The position numbers and the translations under genes were made by a program. A stretch of DNA of 64,000 nt from positions 36,510 through 100,509 of the forward strand of contig RBZT01000328.1 of NCBI GenBank assembly GCA_003693705.1, in the 5' to 3' direction. Shown piece after piece: positions 1 through 14,120 of this stretch; positions within the stretch are counted from its first letter, which is position 1; each line of letters starts with the position of its first letter. The stretch is from Polymyxa betae A26-41 (Eukaryota > Protista > Endomyxa: Phytomyxea). The notes under the pieces are model-generated. The model was given only the letters and a program-made list of their open reading frames with translations, made no database searches and had not been told where the DNA came from.

Positions 1-53
1 GAGAACATGACGACATGGTAGATACAGTAATGTTTATTCTCAAGTTAGCACAG

Positions 54-2735
54 TTATCTCTGACTGAAACGCTGAATTAATTTGTACAGTATTCGAATAC
101 CTCGTTTCAATGTCGGCTCTTGTAGTTCGAATCGGATTTCTGTAGTTCCTATTACAATTTGATCTCCTGGTTGTAGACTGCAATACTGCACACGACGACC
201 GTTCACAAGCACTCCCACCGATGAACCTAAATCATACAGCTCCATATCTGCAAACCGCTGTTCAATGTCAATCAGCGAATTGTTAAAAACAAACTAACGT
301 TCGTTGCCATATGCTAGTCTTATATGTGATCTGGAAACGTGCTTATCGTTAATAACGAGATCATTGCTGGGATCTCGGCCAATCGTCACTGACGACTTTT
401 CAGGATCCAGAAATACGGTCTGTAGGCGCTCGCCTTTTAGCGTCACAACCAGGGCCAGTTTCATGGATTCATCTATAACGGTTGTGTTGGTGCCCTGTTC
501 GAGGATGCACTAAAAATCTCACTGACTGTCGAAATTCGATTCATTGATGGAAATTTGCAATTGATCTTGGACGAAATTGCGGAATCCTTCTGATGATCGG
601 ATATGCTCTAAAACTGTTTCGAAATGTTCTTGCAATGCCTGCATTGGTGAGTTTTAGAATTACAGACAGTGCTGGAGAATTCTAGTACCTTCTCTAGACC
701 ATCAAATATATTAGTTGGTATTATATCGTCTTCTGCCTTAGATTCGATCTCAGATAAGACCAGATGTGACACATTGGCAATCCTTTCTTGCGCTTTCGGG
801 CAGATGTACTTCTTTACTATGTTTCTGATATCGTTCTTATCGGTTAAACTTGTATTGCTTAATTGCGTCAGGCAATTCAGCATATTGCGGTCGTCGCTGG
901 AAGCTGCAGGAGCGATTTTGAAGAATGCTCAAACACAGGGTTGTAACTTACTGATGAGCCTATGAAATCCTTGAATTGCAGATTGGCTTGAAATTACCTC
1001 AGCAAATGTGTATCCTTGGCTTCGTAAATCTATAACATGCTGAAGATATCTTGAGATGTCATGCAGAAAACCATAATCCGGCTGAGTATCGTTAGGGATG
1101 AGCATCTCTTCCATTTGATGTTGCTTATTGGCAATCGATATGCTTTTCCACATTGTCGAAAAAGTGCTTAACTTTTTATGATGGCGAGGGCGACCGTTTT
1201 CACCGACAGGTCGTTGGTTTCCAGCATTACTGACGAAAGTTACCTCGTCGATGGTCTCTTGTATCGCTGCAATCAAATCAGATGCATTCCGACAAGGAGT
1301 GAGTATGGCGAACCGAAGAACCATTCGCATAATGATATCGCATGTCTCGCCGTGATAGTTACTCGTCGGATCGGCGCTTCCAACATAAAACTCCATTGAC
1401 CACTTCGGATACGGCAATCATCGAAACGTATGGAGGCGGTTGTCAGTGGGACGAAGGATTCCGGTCTTAATGAATTCGACGATCGAAACCAGTATCTACG
1501 AAGCCCATTTAATGCGAGAGCAAGAGATACTTTTGAATCCATAAAAAGGGTAATAAGAAGGATAAAGTGAAAAACTAACAGGGTTTGGTCATATAAAACC
1601 ATGAAATAGGAGGTTGGCTCGATAACAATGCCTTTGATATTCTCATCTATGGTCACTAAGCCCTGGAACTTCTTCGAACTTGAGGCCAACATTGATGAGG
1701 CAACGCTAACCATTCCCTGGGACTTTATTGGCTGGATCCAAGCACAAGCGTGATCTTCTGCTTACCGCGTTTTCTAGAGATTGCAGTATGCAATCAATAT
1801 GATAGCATTGCAAGAACACTTGCTTTTTTATAATGGGCTGGACTTGGGTGGCAGCAATCAGTTTGGCCTGCCACATTTCATCGCCTAAGGCGCGACGTAA
1901 CTGTTCTTGAACGGATCTTAAAAACACCTGCTTCTCGGCAACTGATGGGAATCGGCACATAATGATCTGGTCGGCAGTGACTATCTTGAGAACATTTTCA
2001 AGCAATTCACGTCGGGAGAATGCACCGTATTCTTTTCTTTCCAACTGGTGCTTTTCTGTTAATATCCCGCTGTCAGCTGCATGCAAGGCTTGAATGTTTA
2101 TGTAGTCTTCTGGGTCGATAATAAACGCGATTGGAAAACCTCCCAAAGGCTCAGGGTCAGATTGCGATATCTGATATGTGAGATGGATTCCATTGACCTG
2201 AACCCAATATTGGCTCCATTCCTAAGCAAACGAGTAAGCACAAACTGAATCCGTTTGAGCAGGATTCTGTTCCGTACTTTTGTGAACGAGAACCCGAGGC
2301 CAGATTGTAATTGTATTTCGCCTTGGTAAACGCTCGTAGAGCTCGATTTCGACGTTGACTGTATTAGATTAAAAAACAATTCTATAAGCTTGGAAGGCCT
2401 ACTGATGATGGAACTGTTCGTAATGTGGTGATTGCTGATGCTGAAATCGGAATGTCATAACAACGCCAAACTTGAGTTAAGCGGTCAGATACCGATGTTT
2501 TCGCCAATATTGCTGATAGCTCCACGGGCTCCAAACCTCGGCCCAGAGTTCGCTACTATATTAGTGAGATGATCAAGGTCATCCAGATCAATGTCATCTC
2601 TCGCCCAAGCTTGCAGTTGCTTCAACATAACATCTCCTAACGACGGCCTATCAACTTCATTTGCAGCTATCCACGACAACTCAGAAAAAACCGGCGACGC
2701 CGACCGCCTCCTGTACCTTGCAGACACGCGACATT
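54..2735 (-). CDS. Multi-exon signalling protein: possible PH-like region, RGS domain, C-terminal FHA domain (5' end approximate)
   Basis: FHA motifs VTIGRDPSNDLVINDKHVSRSH (~320-390) and LYDLGSSVGVLVNG (ORF 54..245); RGS-like FAEVISSQSAIQGF and IVKKYICPKAQERIANVS...IFDGLEKVLEF; consecutive minus-strand ORFs separated by short intron-sized gaps. Confidence 0.6.
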
Positions 2736-3035
2736 AAGGGAATATCTTTTAAGGCGTTATGACAATGGCAGCAGCGATGGGATGACCCAGATGTAACATT
2801 ATACTGAGCTCATATGTAAAGACCCACATTGAGGAGGAGCCGCTGGCCCGAAGTCATTTCACCTTTCCAGCGACAATTGGCAGTGAAAATCTTATCATAA
2901 AGAATAAATCTTCAGTAAAAATGGACATGACAAAACCTAACAGTGAAGTGAACGATTTAGGTGACGTCTAGGGGTCTCCCAATGGGACAGTCCTTGCTGT
3001 TGAACCGAAGCTACACTCATTTTACTGCGTAAGAG

Positions 3036-6000
3036 ATGGAGGGGCTGCGCACACAAACGAGTGACATGGACGGTCAATTATCACAACTCTTTAATTGTTT
3101 GAAGAAACTTGTCGTCCAAGTTGAATGAAGCTGCATCTGATCAACGATCTTCGCTTGCCTCATGTTCGGGACAGCTTATGTCGCCGCTTGTGACGTTCTC
3201 GCTGATCCGGCTAGCATCTCGGAGCAAAGATGGCATGCATATCGCGTCTTGCTGGACGTATTGGAACCGCACAAACATATTTGGTGCCAATACGCAGAAT
3301 CAGCGAAGTTTTTATGTGGCCTGTTGGAATTCCCTAGCTCTGATTTATGGAAACGATTCCAGTTTCTTTTACGGTCGATGACTTGCTACGAATGTGTTGC
3401 TGCCTGGTCCGAATGCATTAACAGTATGCAGGTTTCTATGTCACCAAAGCCTCATTAATAATTTCTGCTAGAGTTTCTGCAGGGCCTTTCGAATAGGTTC
3501 GAAGATTATTCTATCGAAGTGTTAGAATCGCAAATGATAAAAGCCGACCTCACTCGGCTGAAGTCGTTACCTGTGGATTTCGCTGCATTCGAACTTCTTC
3601 GACGTCCTCATCTGGCTCGAAATCGCGACTTAAATCGAATCTTATGTCTGTTTGTCGAAGAAAGTGCCCATACTCCGGCAGGGACCAAGTCAATGGTCCT
3701 GAAAAATGGCAAGTTGGCTCCAATGGTGTATCTGTTCTGTCTACATCCAAGAGCGGTTGTTCGATCTTGGTGCCAAAGCTTGGTTCGAGCTCGTTCTGGA
3801 GACAGCGCGTCCCTTGATGGCCTATCTTCTAGCTCTGTCAATGAGATCCTTTTTATTCTTTCGAAGAATTTATTCGAGGATCTTCACGATGCCCAAGCTT
3901 CTGATTTCTTTCTGTACAATTTGGCCACATTTTGGAGCGGATTAAACTTCTTACTGGACATCACTCCTGAGGGGGCTCATGCTGTTACTGCCACTAGGTT
4001 CTTATCTTCAAAACCTGGTGTATTTTTGGAAAAATTATTGTCGCATTCGCGGCTCGTAACAGTTAACGGAAATGGTTCATATAGCAGCCTATCTGAAAAT
4101 GTTCCTGAAAACATATTGTCTCCTACGCTGTCTTGCCTACAATGGTTTATGTTGAATGCGTCCAAAATTTTTTGGGAAAAGCGAACAACAATTGGTCCAG
4201 CGATTCTTGCGGATATACTAAGGAAAGGGGCACTTTATGCCACCAGAAGTCTGGAAGCGCTTTTTGACGCTTCTTATGAAGCTTTAAAAATCATCGATGT
4301 TATTCCCATCTTTGCTATGTCTTTGCCTGAAGCTGGAAGGCACGACTATATTGGCTCCACTGTCCGATTTTTGCTGCAAATCGTCTCCAAATTTCGCTCT
4401 TCGCAAAAAGTGGTAGTTTCTCTAAAAATACGTACTTGGAGTGCGATCTTCAAAATTATTCGATGCTCATTTATGATGAATTCGAACGCAGCAGCGATTC
4501 TTTGTTCTGACGCATGGGCAGCGCCTACTGCTGCCTTCGCTTGCGCTGATTTCTCGGACAGATTCACAGACTTTCTTGAACTCTGTTCCGATAATATCAG
4601 GACCATGCTGATTTCTGACGCTATTGAAGCCTGTCGAATCGCCCTACATTATGATGTGAACAATTTGAAGAAACTCTTCATTCCGGATGAATCTCCTTCT
4701 TTCGCTTTAGATGATAAGCAAAATCGCGTTTTCATTTCTGCTGGTCTGTGGATGCGTCTTTCGACGTCTTATAAATCCAGCTCCATTCCAAGTCAATTAC
4801 TTGAAATATTATTATCTGCAGCGTTTCAGTCTATTGCCATTCCTCCGTCTTTTGTTGCTCTTGGATTTGATCAGCCCGATGATGTTATCTGTGCATATAA
4901 GGCAGTTCGATTGTCGGCTAAAACCGTTCTGCAATCGCTCTCATCTCATCCTGAATTGATACAGAGATTTGCCGATTCCCGGGCAAACATTGCCGGATTA
5001 TTTCTGCTTCTATTATCATACCGCGATTCATCCTCCTTTATCAGCGAACTGCTTCGAAGGGAAGTGCAATCAAAGTTGGCGTTAAGTGAGAAACCGAACT
5101 CGGTCAACGACTGCCTTTCTCTTTTGTATCAACATCAGCCATCTCAGATCTTGGCGCTTTATCTTCAATGCTTCGAGTTTTGTACAAATCCCACTATATT
5201 TCACAGCATTGAAAAACTCGTAAAGAGTCCTGCTAATTTACCTGAATCTGCTGGGGACTTTCTCGGCGACCTTCATCCCTCCATTTTCTGGCTCGATAGA
5301 CTTCTTCACCTTTTCACAGATCGCTCGGAGGTTTTCTTTTCACTGGATTCAGATTCACTCTGGAGGCTCTTTTTCGTTTTGATTGTGAGCTGTATTGGAT
5401 TCCATGTGTTACCAGAATTTGATCGTACATTCTCTGCTCTCTTTGATATGGGGCTGACTCTCATATCGCTGAAGCCCGCCTTTTTAACATCATTTCGAGA
5501 GTTCTTCAAACTGTGGCTCCGAAAACGGGACTCTATACCTTCTGGAACGAGGCGACGTTGGTTCCAATTCGTTCGCTCTTACATTAGGCAATTTCCAAAT
5601 GAGAAAGAAGCCGCTCGCTCTGTGCTTCTCAAATATCACGACGATGCATTCTGGTTACACCGAACAGGACTGTCGGATCAAGCGCAACGAAATTATTTAG
5701 CAAGTTTGGCACCATCACTATTCAAGGAGTCTTCAAGCAGTCAACAAATGCCTCACTCCACCAAATTGTCTATAAATCCACATGGGTCGAGTAGCATCTT
5801 ACATCATCTGCCTGCGGTATCTGTTGATAACAGTAGGCGTGACGTTGGAACGCCGTTAAAGCATACTACCGCTTTATCCAAGTCTCTTTCATCTATTTAT
5901 ACAAGTTCCAGCTCCGTTGCAAACTCCAAGATGATTCATGTTCGATTGGGTTCGGTTTCTAAGCCCACACGGCATTTGTCTTCACAATCCTCTATATCTC

Positions 6001-9000
6001 AGTATTTCCAAAATTGTTTAACAGCTACTGAAGACTCCAAGGCCAACCGGTTACGAGCAGGGTTTCAGTCGTTACGGGATGATCCAGAGTTTTCTAAGCG
6101 CTCCAATGTCATTAAGAGCATCAGTGCCAAACCCTTGACAACGGTGAAATCATCATCCGCTTTGAAGCGACGCACAGCCTCTGGGAAGCCTGGTGTCTCA
6201 ACAGTAACAGAGAGCTCTATTTCCAAAATTGAAAAACTGCCTGTGAGATCGTTAGGGCATTTCCTGAATATCGTCCTCGATTGGTCGCTTTCAGATGTGA
6301 CAGGCGAAGCGCTTCCAAAACAGCTCTCTGAAACAATGATGGACCCTTTACCAAAAGGTTTTCATTCTTTTATTGAATATCGGAAAGCATTCGGGTCTTT
6401 GTTATTAGAGGAGACGCGCGCCATGATTCAAGGCGATTATGGGTCGAGTCGTGATATAAAGCCGAATCTTATTGTTAAGCAAGGACTGGATACGACGCCT
6501 CATCCGTCCTTACCTGGCTCTCTACTGCTATGCTCTCCTGCAGAAGTCCCAGAAAATCAGCGCCTTTCTGAAAACGATTTGCTTTTGCTCTGGCCCATTT
6601 TGGACGATCCCGATTTTTCCGATATTCCTTCGAATGCTGTTTTCGGCATGGTCGATGGCCAATCGAATTCGACCAGGCTCTTGATTCGAGTAACCCGCTT
6701 CCTGTCGACCGACCCGCGATTTAGACACCAGCTGGGATTTGTTCGAATATCGTCACTGGTTACTGCTCAGCGTATGGCTCGGGCGTTAGAATCAGTTGCT
6801 CGTCTTCGGCTCGGACCAGCACTCGTACTGGGTCAGCAAGAATCAGCTGCGTTAGAAACGTCGTTCGATATTGATAATGCTGCTCTCTCTGGTTTGAATA
6901 CCAGCCAGAAAACAGCTATAAAGCATTGTATGTGCTCTAAAGATCCTGTAGTGCTGTTACAAGGTTCCATTGTGCTCTCGTCGTTGTCGTTCTTGATCTT
7001 ATTTCAGTTTAGGGCCTCCCGGAACTGGCAAATCAACTGTTATTATAGCACTGATCAAGGCCTTACTACAAAGGAGTGTGAACAGGAATGCTCACCAACT
7101 CGGTCAAGGCTGGATGAAGGGCGAGTTCGATTCCAGGCATATTCTGCTGTGCACTCCATCGAACGCCGCTGCTGATGAACTAACGAGCCGACTTGTTGCA
7201 GCTTCTATTCAGGTTATAGTGATGCTGTATTCCTGGTGCTCACTCCATAATTGCTATTTTCAGGCGGTCCCGGATGGCACTCAATATCCTGTTATTAGAT
7301 ATGGCAGTAATGTGACATCGGATGTGTTTGCAGAATCTGTGTCGTTGGATCGGCTCGCTTCCGCTACTCAATCAGCTCAGATTCGTTCTGGGTCGCAGCA
7401 CAATCCGACTGCAGTACAACCTGCTGGAATTGATCGAAGGAGTGTGCAGGTTTGTCGTTTTTATCTCGACCAAGTTTCCTTCTTGGTTTACATGCTGTAG
7501 GAATTGCGAGAAAGATTGTTATCAGAAGCCAATGTCTTAGTCTGTACGTTGTCTGGTAGCGGGGCAGCGTTGATAGGCAATATCCCACATACTTTCCAAG
7601 TTGTTATCGTTGACGAAGCCGCTCAAGCTCATGAGATTGAGACTTTAATTCCTCTACAGTATTGCTGCCGAAAGCTGATTCTTGTTGGTGACCCAAGACA
7701 ATTGCCTGCTACAGGTGAATCTCGCTATACCTGCAGTATGTTGTAGCTTATTGGCTGTTTTAGTACTGTCAACATACGCTGGGAAATTCGGTCTGAACAG
7801 ATCTATGTTTGAACGTCTTGAAAGTGTCATTCAGCCTGTTATGCTGACTGAGCAGTATCGTATGCATCCTGAGTTAGTCGTATCATTCACTACTTGACAT
7901 GTTTTGATTTCTGTTTAGCATATGCTTGTTCCCTTCACAGCAATTCTATAATGGCCGTGTCATAACCGCTGGTATTGAGCGCTCGGTTCCCATTCACAGC
8001 AACTCCTTCATCCGGCCTTATCTATTCTTCAACGTTGAAAGCGAGGATTACTTGGTACATTGCAGCGGTTTTCCGTTTCGTCATTTAAAAGACGAATAGG
8101 TTAAATTTTCGCGAAAAAATGTGACAGAAGCTGAATTTGTCGTACACTTGCTATGTCATATTGAACGTACTGTCGCCTTGTACGGGATGGCTCGACCTTC
8201 AGTTGGCATTGTGACTCCTTACCAAGCGCAAGTTCATGAGATTCGATACCAAGTTAGAGATTCTTTCCACTATGTGCTCATTTTAAATTTTCATTCAGGC
8301 ACAGTCAGTAATGAAACAGCAACCCGATGTAAGGACTATCGACAGTTTTCAAGGCCAAGAACGAGATATTATTATTATCTCTGCAGTTCGTGCATCTCCG
8401 GAAAAGGAGCAGTATAAAGGCCTCGGTAATACTGGCAATGTTTGAATTTAACAGTGGTTTGAAAACAGTTTAGGATTTCTTGCCGATAGTCGACGTCTCA
8501 ATGTAGCCTTAACTCGTGCCAAGCTGTATATAGAAGTCATTCTGTAGTCTTTTAGTCTGAAAACCCTTTTAGGTGCTGCCTTGTTGTCGGATCAGCTAGG
8601 ACGTTATCTGATTCCGTTTCGGTTTGGAGAGATCTCATCACGAATGCAAAGGAAAGAAACTGCCTTATTTCTGTTCCTCCAAAAGTCAGATGTTCACAGA
8701 AAACTTCGTACTTTTATTTATCGTATTGCGTTCTGTAGGGCTTTCAGGAATTTTTGCAGCAATCCAATGGGGTTTCCAACAGGTCATTTCCAGGTTCGTT
8801 TGAGGCAGTTCGTCAACAAGCTGGCTCGAAAAACACGAAGTCAAGACCTGGACCTGGCAGCGGTCATATTCCACGAGGACGTCAGAGCGTTCCAGAACCC
8901 AGAGGTCAAACGCCAAATCGGGTCGATAACTTCAGAGCACCAGCTTCTGTTCCAGATCGGAGCTTTTGTCGTGAGAGAAATCCGGATTCCGAATGGCTCG

Positions 9001-9332
9001 ATCGCCCAAAGGATTCAGCTTCCGGACGTCTGGAAACATCTGGGGATTTCAATCCTAACAGAGAAAGACTAGGGTTGTCGCCAAACCCAAGGCGAAGAGT
9101 TCTTCAGCGTAAGCGATTTCATCACGCTGCACCTGATCCTTCAGCTATTAAACGACAAGCATCGTCGCAATCGGGTTTGCATGCAATTCAACGGCCTTCA
9201 TCAGCTGCACAGACAACCCATACTGATCAGCAAACAGCACATCAAAAGGACATGAGTCGCGATAATGTCACGACCGTATTTCAAAAATCAACAGCCACAT
9301 TGGCGCTGGATGACATTCTTGGCGCCATGTGA
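3036..9332 (+). CDS. SEN1: Senataxin/Sen1-like SF1 RNA/DNA helicase
   Basis: N-terminal HIWC...CYECV Sen1_N-like motif; LNTSQKTAI; spliced QGPPGTGKS Walker A (6960-7035); ILLCTPSNAAADEL; VIVDEAAQ; LVGDPRQLP; LTEQYRMHP; GIVTPYQAQ; TIDSFQGQE; RLNVALTRAK. Confidence 0.9.
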
Positions 9333-9443
9333 AAGTCAGTGTCTTAAATCTATATTTACTGAGTGGTTAAATGCTTATTTATCAATCGTTATTATTGTAT
9401 CTTCTGTAAATTTATGCTTGATCGAAATTGTTGCATATGCCCC

Positions 9444-9893
9444 TCATGCAAACTTTGCAGAAGGCAATGCGTTTTTTATATGGGTAGCTTTGACAGGTTG
9501 CATGAGAATCATGGAGACGACAGCACCGATTGCTACCAAGGCACTGATTGCCAACGTCACTAATGTCCAAATCCGATATCTGGCTGTGCTATCATAAACC
9601 TTCAGCAATAATGTCAGAGCTTTACGCAATACAAAGGTTTTATGGTAGTAACGACCGTATTATCATCGATGTCAGTCTCTCGAGGCGCAACGGCAAAAAA
9701 TACAATTGTACCGGCAATTGCACAAAACGCCAGTGCACCGAATAATCTGGCAGATAGTCAGATTACAGTTCTTAGTCGCATGGAACAATTGGTACCCTGG
9801 AGTTTCTGATCGCGAACCTAGAAAGGCGACCAGGCCAGATAAACCGATCACAAGCAAGATTGTAAAGATCCCAACCCCGACGCCGGCGATCAT
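9444..9893 (-). CDS. TMEM218: TMEM218-like ciliary transition-zone membrane protein
   Basis: MIAGVGVGIFTILL N-terminus, three hydrophobic helices, VYDSTARYR...QPVKA C-terminal pattern resembling TMEM218. Confidence 0.65.
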
Positions 9894-9985
9894 GCTGCTT
9901 CGGTTCTTATAAACATTAACATCATATAGACCGAAGATTGACAACAAGATTGAGTGAAACTGAATCGTCACACAGCTTTCTTTTG

Positions 9986-10201
9986 CTATGATGAACGATA
10001 CGAACCGAGAATGCTGCAACCAAACATGAACGTGAGCAATGATAATACTATCAACATACAGAGGCATGAACATGACGGCAGTCCTCGACTGCTAAGAATG
10101 ACGAATACTTGTTGGGTGCGGACAACGGCGAACAATGTCAAGCCAAAGGCGAAGAAGACATCGGTAAGCATCTGCTCGATCGTCAATTGGACACCATCCA
10201 T
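9986..10201 (-). CDS. Possible small hydrophobic protein (71 aa)
   Basis: ATG-started ORF with two hydrophobic stretches between EXO84 and TMEM218; no family recognised. Confidence 0.25.
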   Translation of the reverse strand: MDGVQLTIEQMLTDVFFAFGLTLFAVVRTQQVFVILSSRGLPSCSCLCMLIVLSLLTFMFGCSILGSYRSS

Positions 10202-10297
10202 AATAGTACCCTGATTACAGAATCTGCAACAATTATGTTATTCATTCATCAATTCTTGAGAACTAATCCGATGGGCAAACTGTCGATTTCTGACATT

Positions 10298-12225
10298 TTA
10301 TTCTGAACTGGGAATTGGTTCCTGAGCTGCTTTAGGGGCAATGTCGACTCGTCTTTGTGAGAAATATTCCCTCTGGGCTTTATAGAACTTGATGAGTTGC
10401 TCATGAAACGCCAGAATATCCTCCAAACCTGTGCTTCGTTATCATCTCATCTATCATGTTCAGAGTAATATTGAGAACTACCTCGTTGTTTTCGCAGTCT
10501 GCTTCCAAGCTGCTTTATCAGCCTAGGATACAGATCCTCTGCCAAACATCGGGCATTTCCGACCATTGCCCCGCCTTGCGCCTCGACGATTTCGGGTGCT
10601 TTGGACGCCGACGCCAACTGCACCAAATATTCTTCGAAAAGATTTCGAACTCCATTGATCGCAATCGGTAATAGATCGTTGACTGTCGGGTCGAATAGCC
10701 CTGGGTTCAGCACGACCAGCTTCATGTCAATGATGTACTGGTGAATGATATCGTACAATATACGAGCGCTTTTCGTGATATCTAGCTGTTCATAATAAGC
10801 GATAAGCATAGAATAAGAGATTCACAGGCCTTACTTTGTCCGAGCCTTTGTCTGCATAATCAGCATTGTTAGCTTGTCTAATCCAAGCTTGTTCAACGAC
10901 CCAGTTCTCTGCGCGAACCGCCCTAGTTATGGCTTGACGAGCATTGGATAAGAACAGTCGTAAAGCAGATCTCTACAAAATTTAGATCCTGTTGAATGAG
11001 AAGACAGACCGGTCGACCTACAAGATCATCAATGAAGAACCTCTCTAGGACATATGCGAGCTTAATGCCTTGCTTTTCTAGCACTTTACAGGCAAGAATA
11101 GCGAGATGAATACACTGACAGGCAGTACGAAATGGGGTGTCAGAACGAAACACCTATTAGAACTGATCACTAGGTGAAACCAACTTCTGCATTCAATAAA
11201 CCTGATATCGAACGGTATTGCAGTAAACATTCAGCTCAGTAAACGCCCAGGTGAAGAAACACGAATCGCGAGAAGGATCGCGAAATATTCGCTTAAATTC
11301 AACCCATGCCTTTCCAATGGAAGAAAAGACAGTACCGGAAATGTCGGTGATCAGAGAGATCAGATCTCCCGTTGAGCGATTCTGAGCTGTTGCAAAATCA
11401 AATTCATGCTCAATCAGTTCCAACTCATACATACATTGAGCAGTTCGCATCTCACAGCTTCTTTCTTCAAAGAACAAAGCCAGAGATTTATCTAAACATC
11501 CAAGACGAATCATGTAGGTTAGATAGCGTCTCCTCTCATTTAGCTTTAACGATTGATTCTAAGCCGCATTCATTGTAGGGAGAAACGGATCGACCCAAGC
11601 AAATACCTGAAAAATTTCGCAAGATAAATCGATAATTTTATCTTTTTCGAGATTCAGCATTTCTTTGGCAGCTGCAGCATCGTCAGTTCCATGCTCGAGC
11701 TTCTTGTAAGCTGATTCGATCACTTCAGTAGCTTGTTCAAGTTTTCTCTCATATCGAAGCAAATTTAGTTCTTCAGCGAGCTCATTGATGAATGCGACAT
11801 AGGGTTGCTGCTTTTTGTTCAGCACATTTTTGTTCGCCGAGCTCTCTTCAGCATCTGGGACATTAATTCAGATCAGAACGTGAGCACCAGGAATCCAATC
11901 ACCAGAGTTCATATTTTCAAATGTGTTGATGTCCTGGAGCTTCTTCAGAGAAATTTTATACTGGCTTAGAGCAGTGTGTAAATTCGATAAATCGGCTTCG
12001 ATATCTGTAAAAACAATTAACAAGCTGTAAGCAACCGCAATTGATATTTCGACTTTCAATCTCTTGTGATGTATGAATAAACATCTGGTAATGATCGGTG
12101 ACAAATGTTTTCAAAGCGCCGCTTAACAGTGCTTTCCTATTAGCAAGCTCCTGTTTGTGAGCTTGTTCGTTCTTGTTATGACCAACACGACGTTCTAGAT
12201 ACAATTCCAGTTTGAACGACGCCAT
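10298..12225 (-). CDS. EXO84: Exocyst component Exo84
   Basis: N-terminal Vps51-like LKTFVTDHYQMFIHTSQEI; C-terminal TGDLISLITDIS, SCFFTWAFTEL, CKVLEKQGIKL typical of Exo84; last exon ends in TAA at 10298-10300. Confidence 0.75.
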
Positions 12226-12964
12226 CCCGAATAGCTCCAATGTTGATCGTAGATTGACGACCGATGCAGTCTGAGCTGTATCTGCCTCGCCTACACCATT
12301 GTCTTTCTGGTCATCGATCCGCTGGGTGTCGCGTTTCCTATGCATAGCTACCGAAGACCAGAATAAGAGCACCGACCGCTGGTGTTAACGTGGGCATACT
12401 TTTGGGTCCTCGGCGAAACACGTCGACTCGGTTGGCGACCGCATCGGAGCGCATGGAGATCGTCACCGACGTTAAACGTCTCTGATAGCAGAAATGGCGA
12501 ATAGCGAAGTGATGTAATGTTACAGGGTTTATGATCTCCTCCTTCTTCGTACAACTTGAAGATCAGCAAACAGTATCATAGATGGCTTTCCAGCCCATTC
12601 GTTTGTCCTTTACCACCAGCCGGGGGCGCCTTCCAAAATTGTTCATTTCATCGCACTTTATGATAGTAAATCATTCTGAGCTAGAAACGGTCTCTGGACA
12701 TCAACGTTTAACTGTAGCAGAGCCGAATTCATATTATAATAGAGAGTTCGAACAAGTATGTGCTTCTAGTTGCCGCTCTCTTTCACCTAATAAGCACAAG
12801 AAATCGCTCAACCATTATTGCTTGAAGGAGAACGTTAATTTGTATAAGAACTGATGTAAAGTGTAGTCAGTAGGTGTAGTTAGAACATTAGATGTTGCCA
12901 CCCCAATAGATTGAAAACTTTTCAAAGTGAAATATCGCACTTTTCCACTGAATCGTCTCAGACA

Positions 12965-14083
12965 ATGTATTCGGGTTTAGGAGATGATGCCGCCAAGCCG
13001 CTCAGCCCCCATGGCCGTCCACAAGGTATCTTTGTGCTGTAGACCCAGCAACCGTTCGTGACGTTGTCACCAGAAGAAGATCAGCTCGGGACGGATGATG
13101 ACGATTTTCCTGTCGGGCAGATGACATCGTCCTGTGGGCTCGATGCAGAATCCATCTTCATTAACTGAATGATTTTATGCAGATGACCCGCCAAAGAATG
13201 ATTCATCGAAACCCGGCCCAAGCCAGAACTCAATCCGGGACGGATTTGTCGCCGCCATCAACCCCAACGCTAGCTTCTGGAAGCTGGATTTTTATCGCTC
13301 GTTTTTTGACACTGATGACCAACAGGCTCGTTCAATGTTAGAATTAGGTGTTTAAATTGAACGAGTATGATAGGTGGCAACTCGGTTGTTGCGAGCTTTG
13401 AATCCGAAAGGACTTCCAATCTATGCTGATCAGAGCCTAACAGCTGACGTTGAGTCGGGTGCTAAAGCACAACCAGAACTCTGCGGTTCGGGTTTATAGT
13501 TTTAGGAATTATATTAAATGTTTTTTAGGGCCATTCTGGGTGGTAACCACACTGATTATTCTGTTAGCGATCCTTGGAAATCTCTCGACCTATCTGCTAT
13601 CAGATACGGTCAGTAATCCCGATGTTAAAAAGCTTGTCATTGCCTCGGTTGGTGTTATCGCTGTTGAAGTATTCTACGCTTATTTGATCGCGTCTTTAGT
13701 CGATTCTATATTCATTCTTTGCTCTGGTTCCGACCATTATGTGGTTCTTTATTCGCCGTCTGGAGGCCAGCTTTACCCTCACCGAGCTTATCAGCGTTTA
13801 TGGGTATTCGTTAACGGTTTTCATTCCAGCCAGTGTACGTGTGGCGGTTTCTCTGATCATCAGTTGGATTTGACTTTCACAGATGTTTTGCGTGTTGAAT
13901 GTTGAGTTCCTGCGCTGGATTATAATCGCGGCTGCCTGTTTGCTATCATGTCTGGTCGTGTTCAAACATATAACCAGCCGGATCGTGGATGAATCATTGA
14001 TTAAGCGAGGCGTGTTCATTGCCCTGCTTGTGGTTCCACATCTTTGCTTAGCTATTTATATGAAAATTGAGCACTTTTCTTAA
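12965..14083 (+). CDS. Yip1-domain Golgi membrane protein (YIPF1/2-like)
   Basis: SFWKLDFYRSFFDTD, GPFWVVTTLI...GNLSTYL and YGYS motifs; several TM helices. Confidence 0.85.
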
Positions 14084-14120
14084 GAACATAAATTTTATAA
14101 GGTTATGACGTCTTTAGCGT

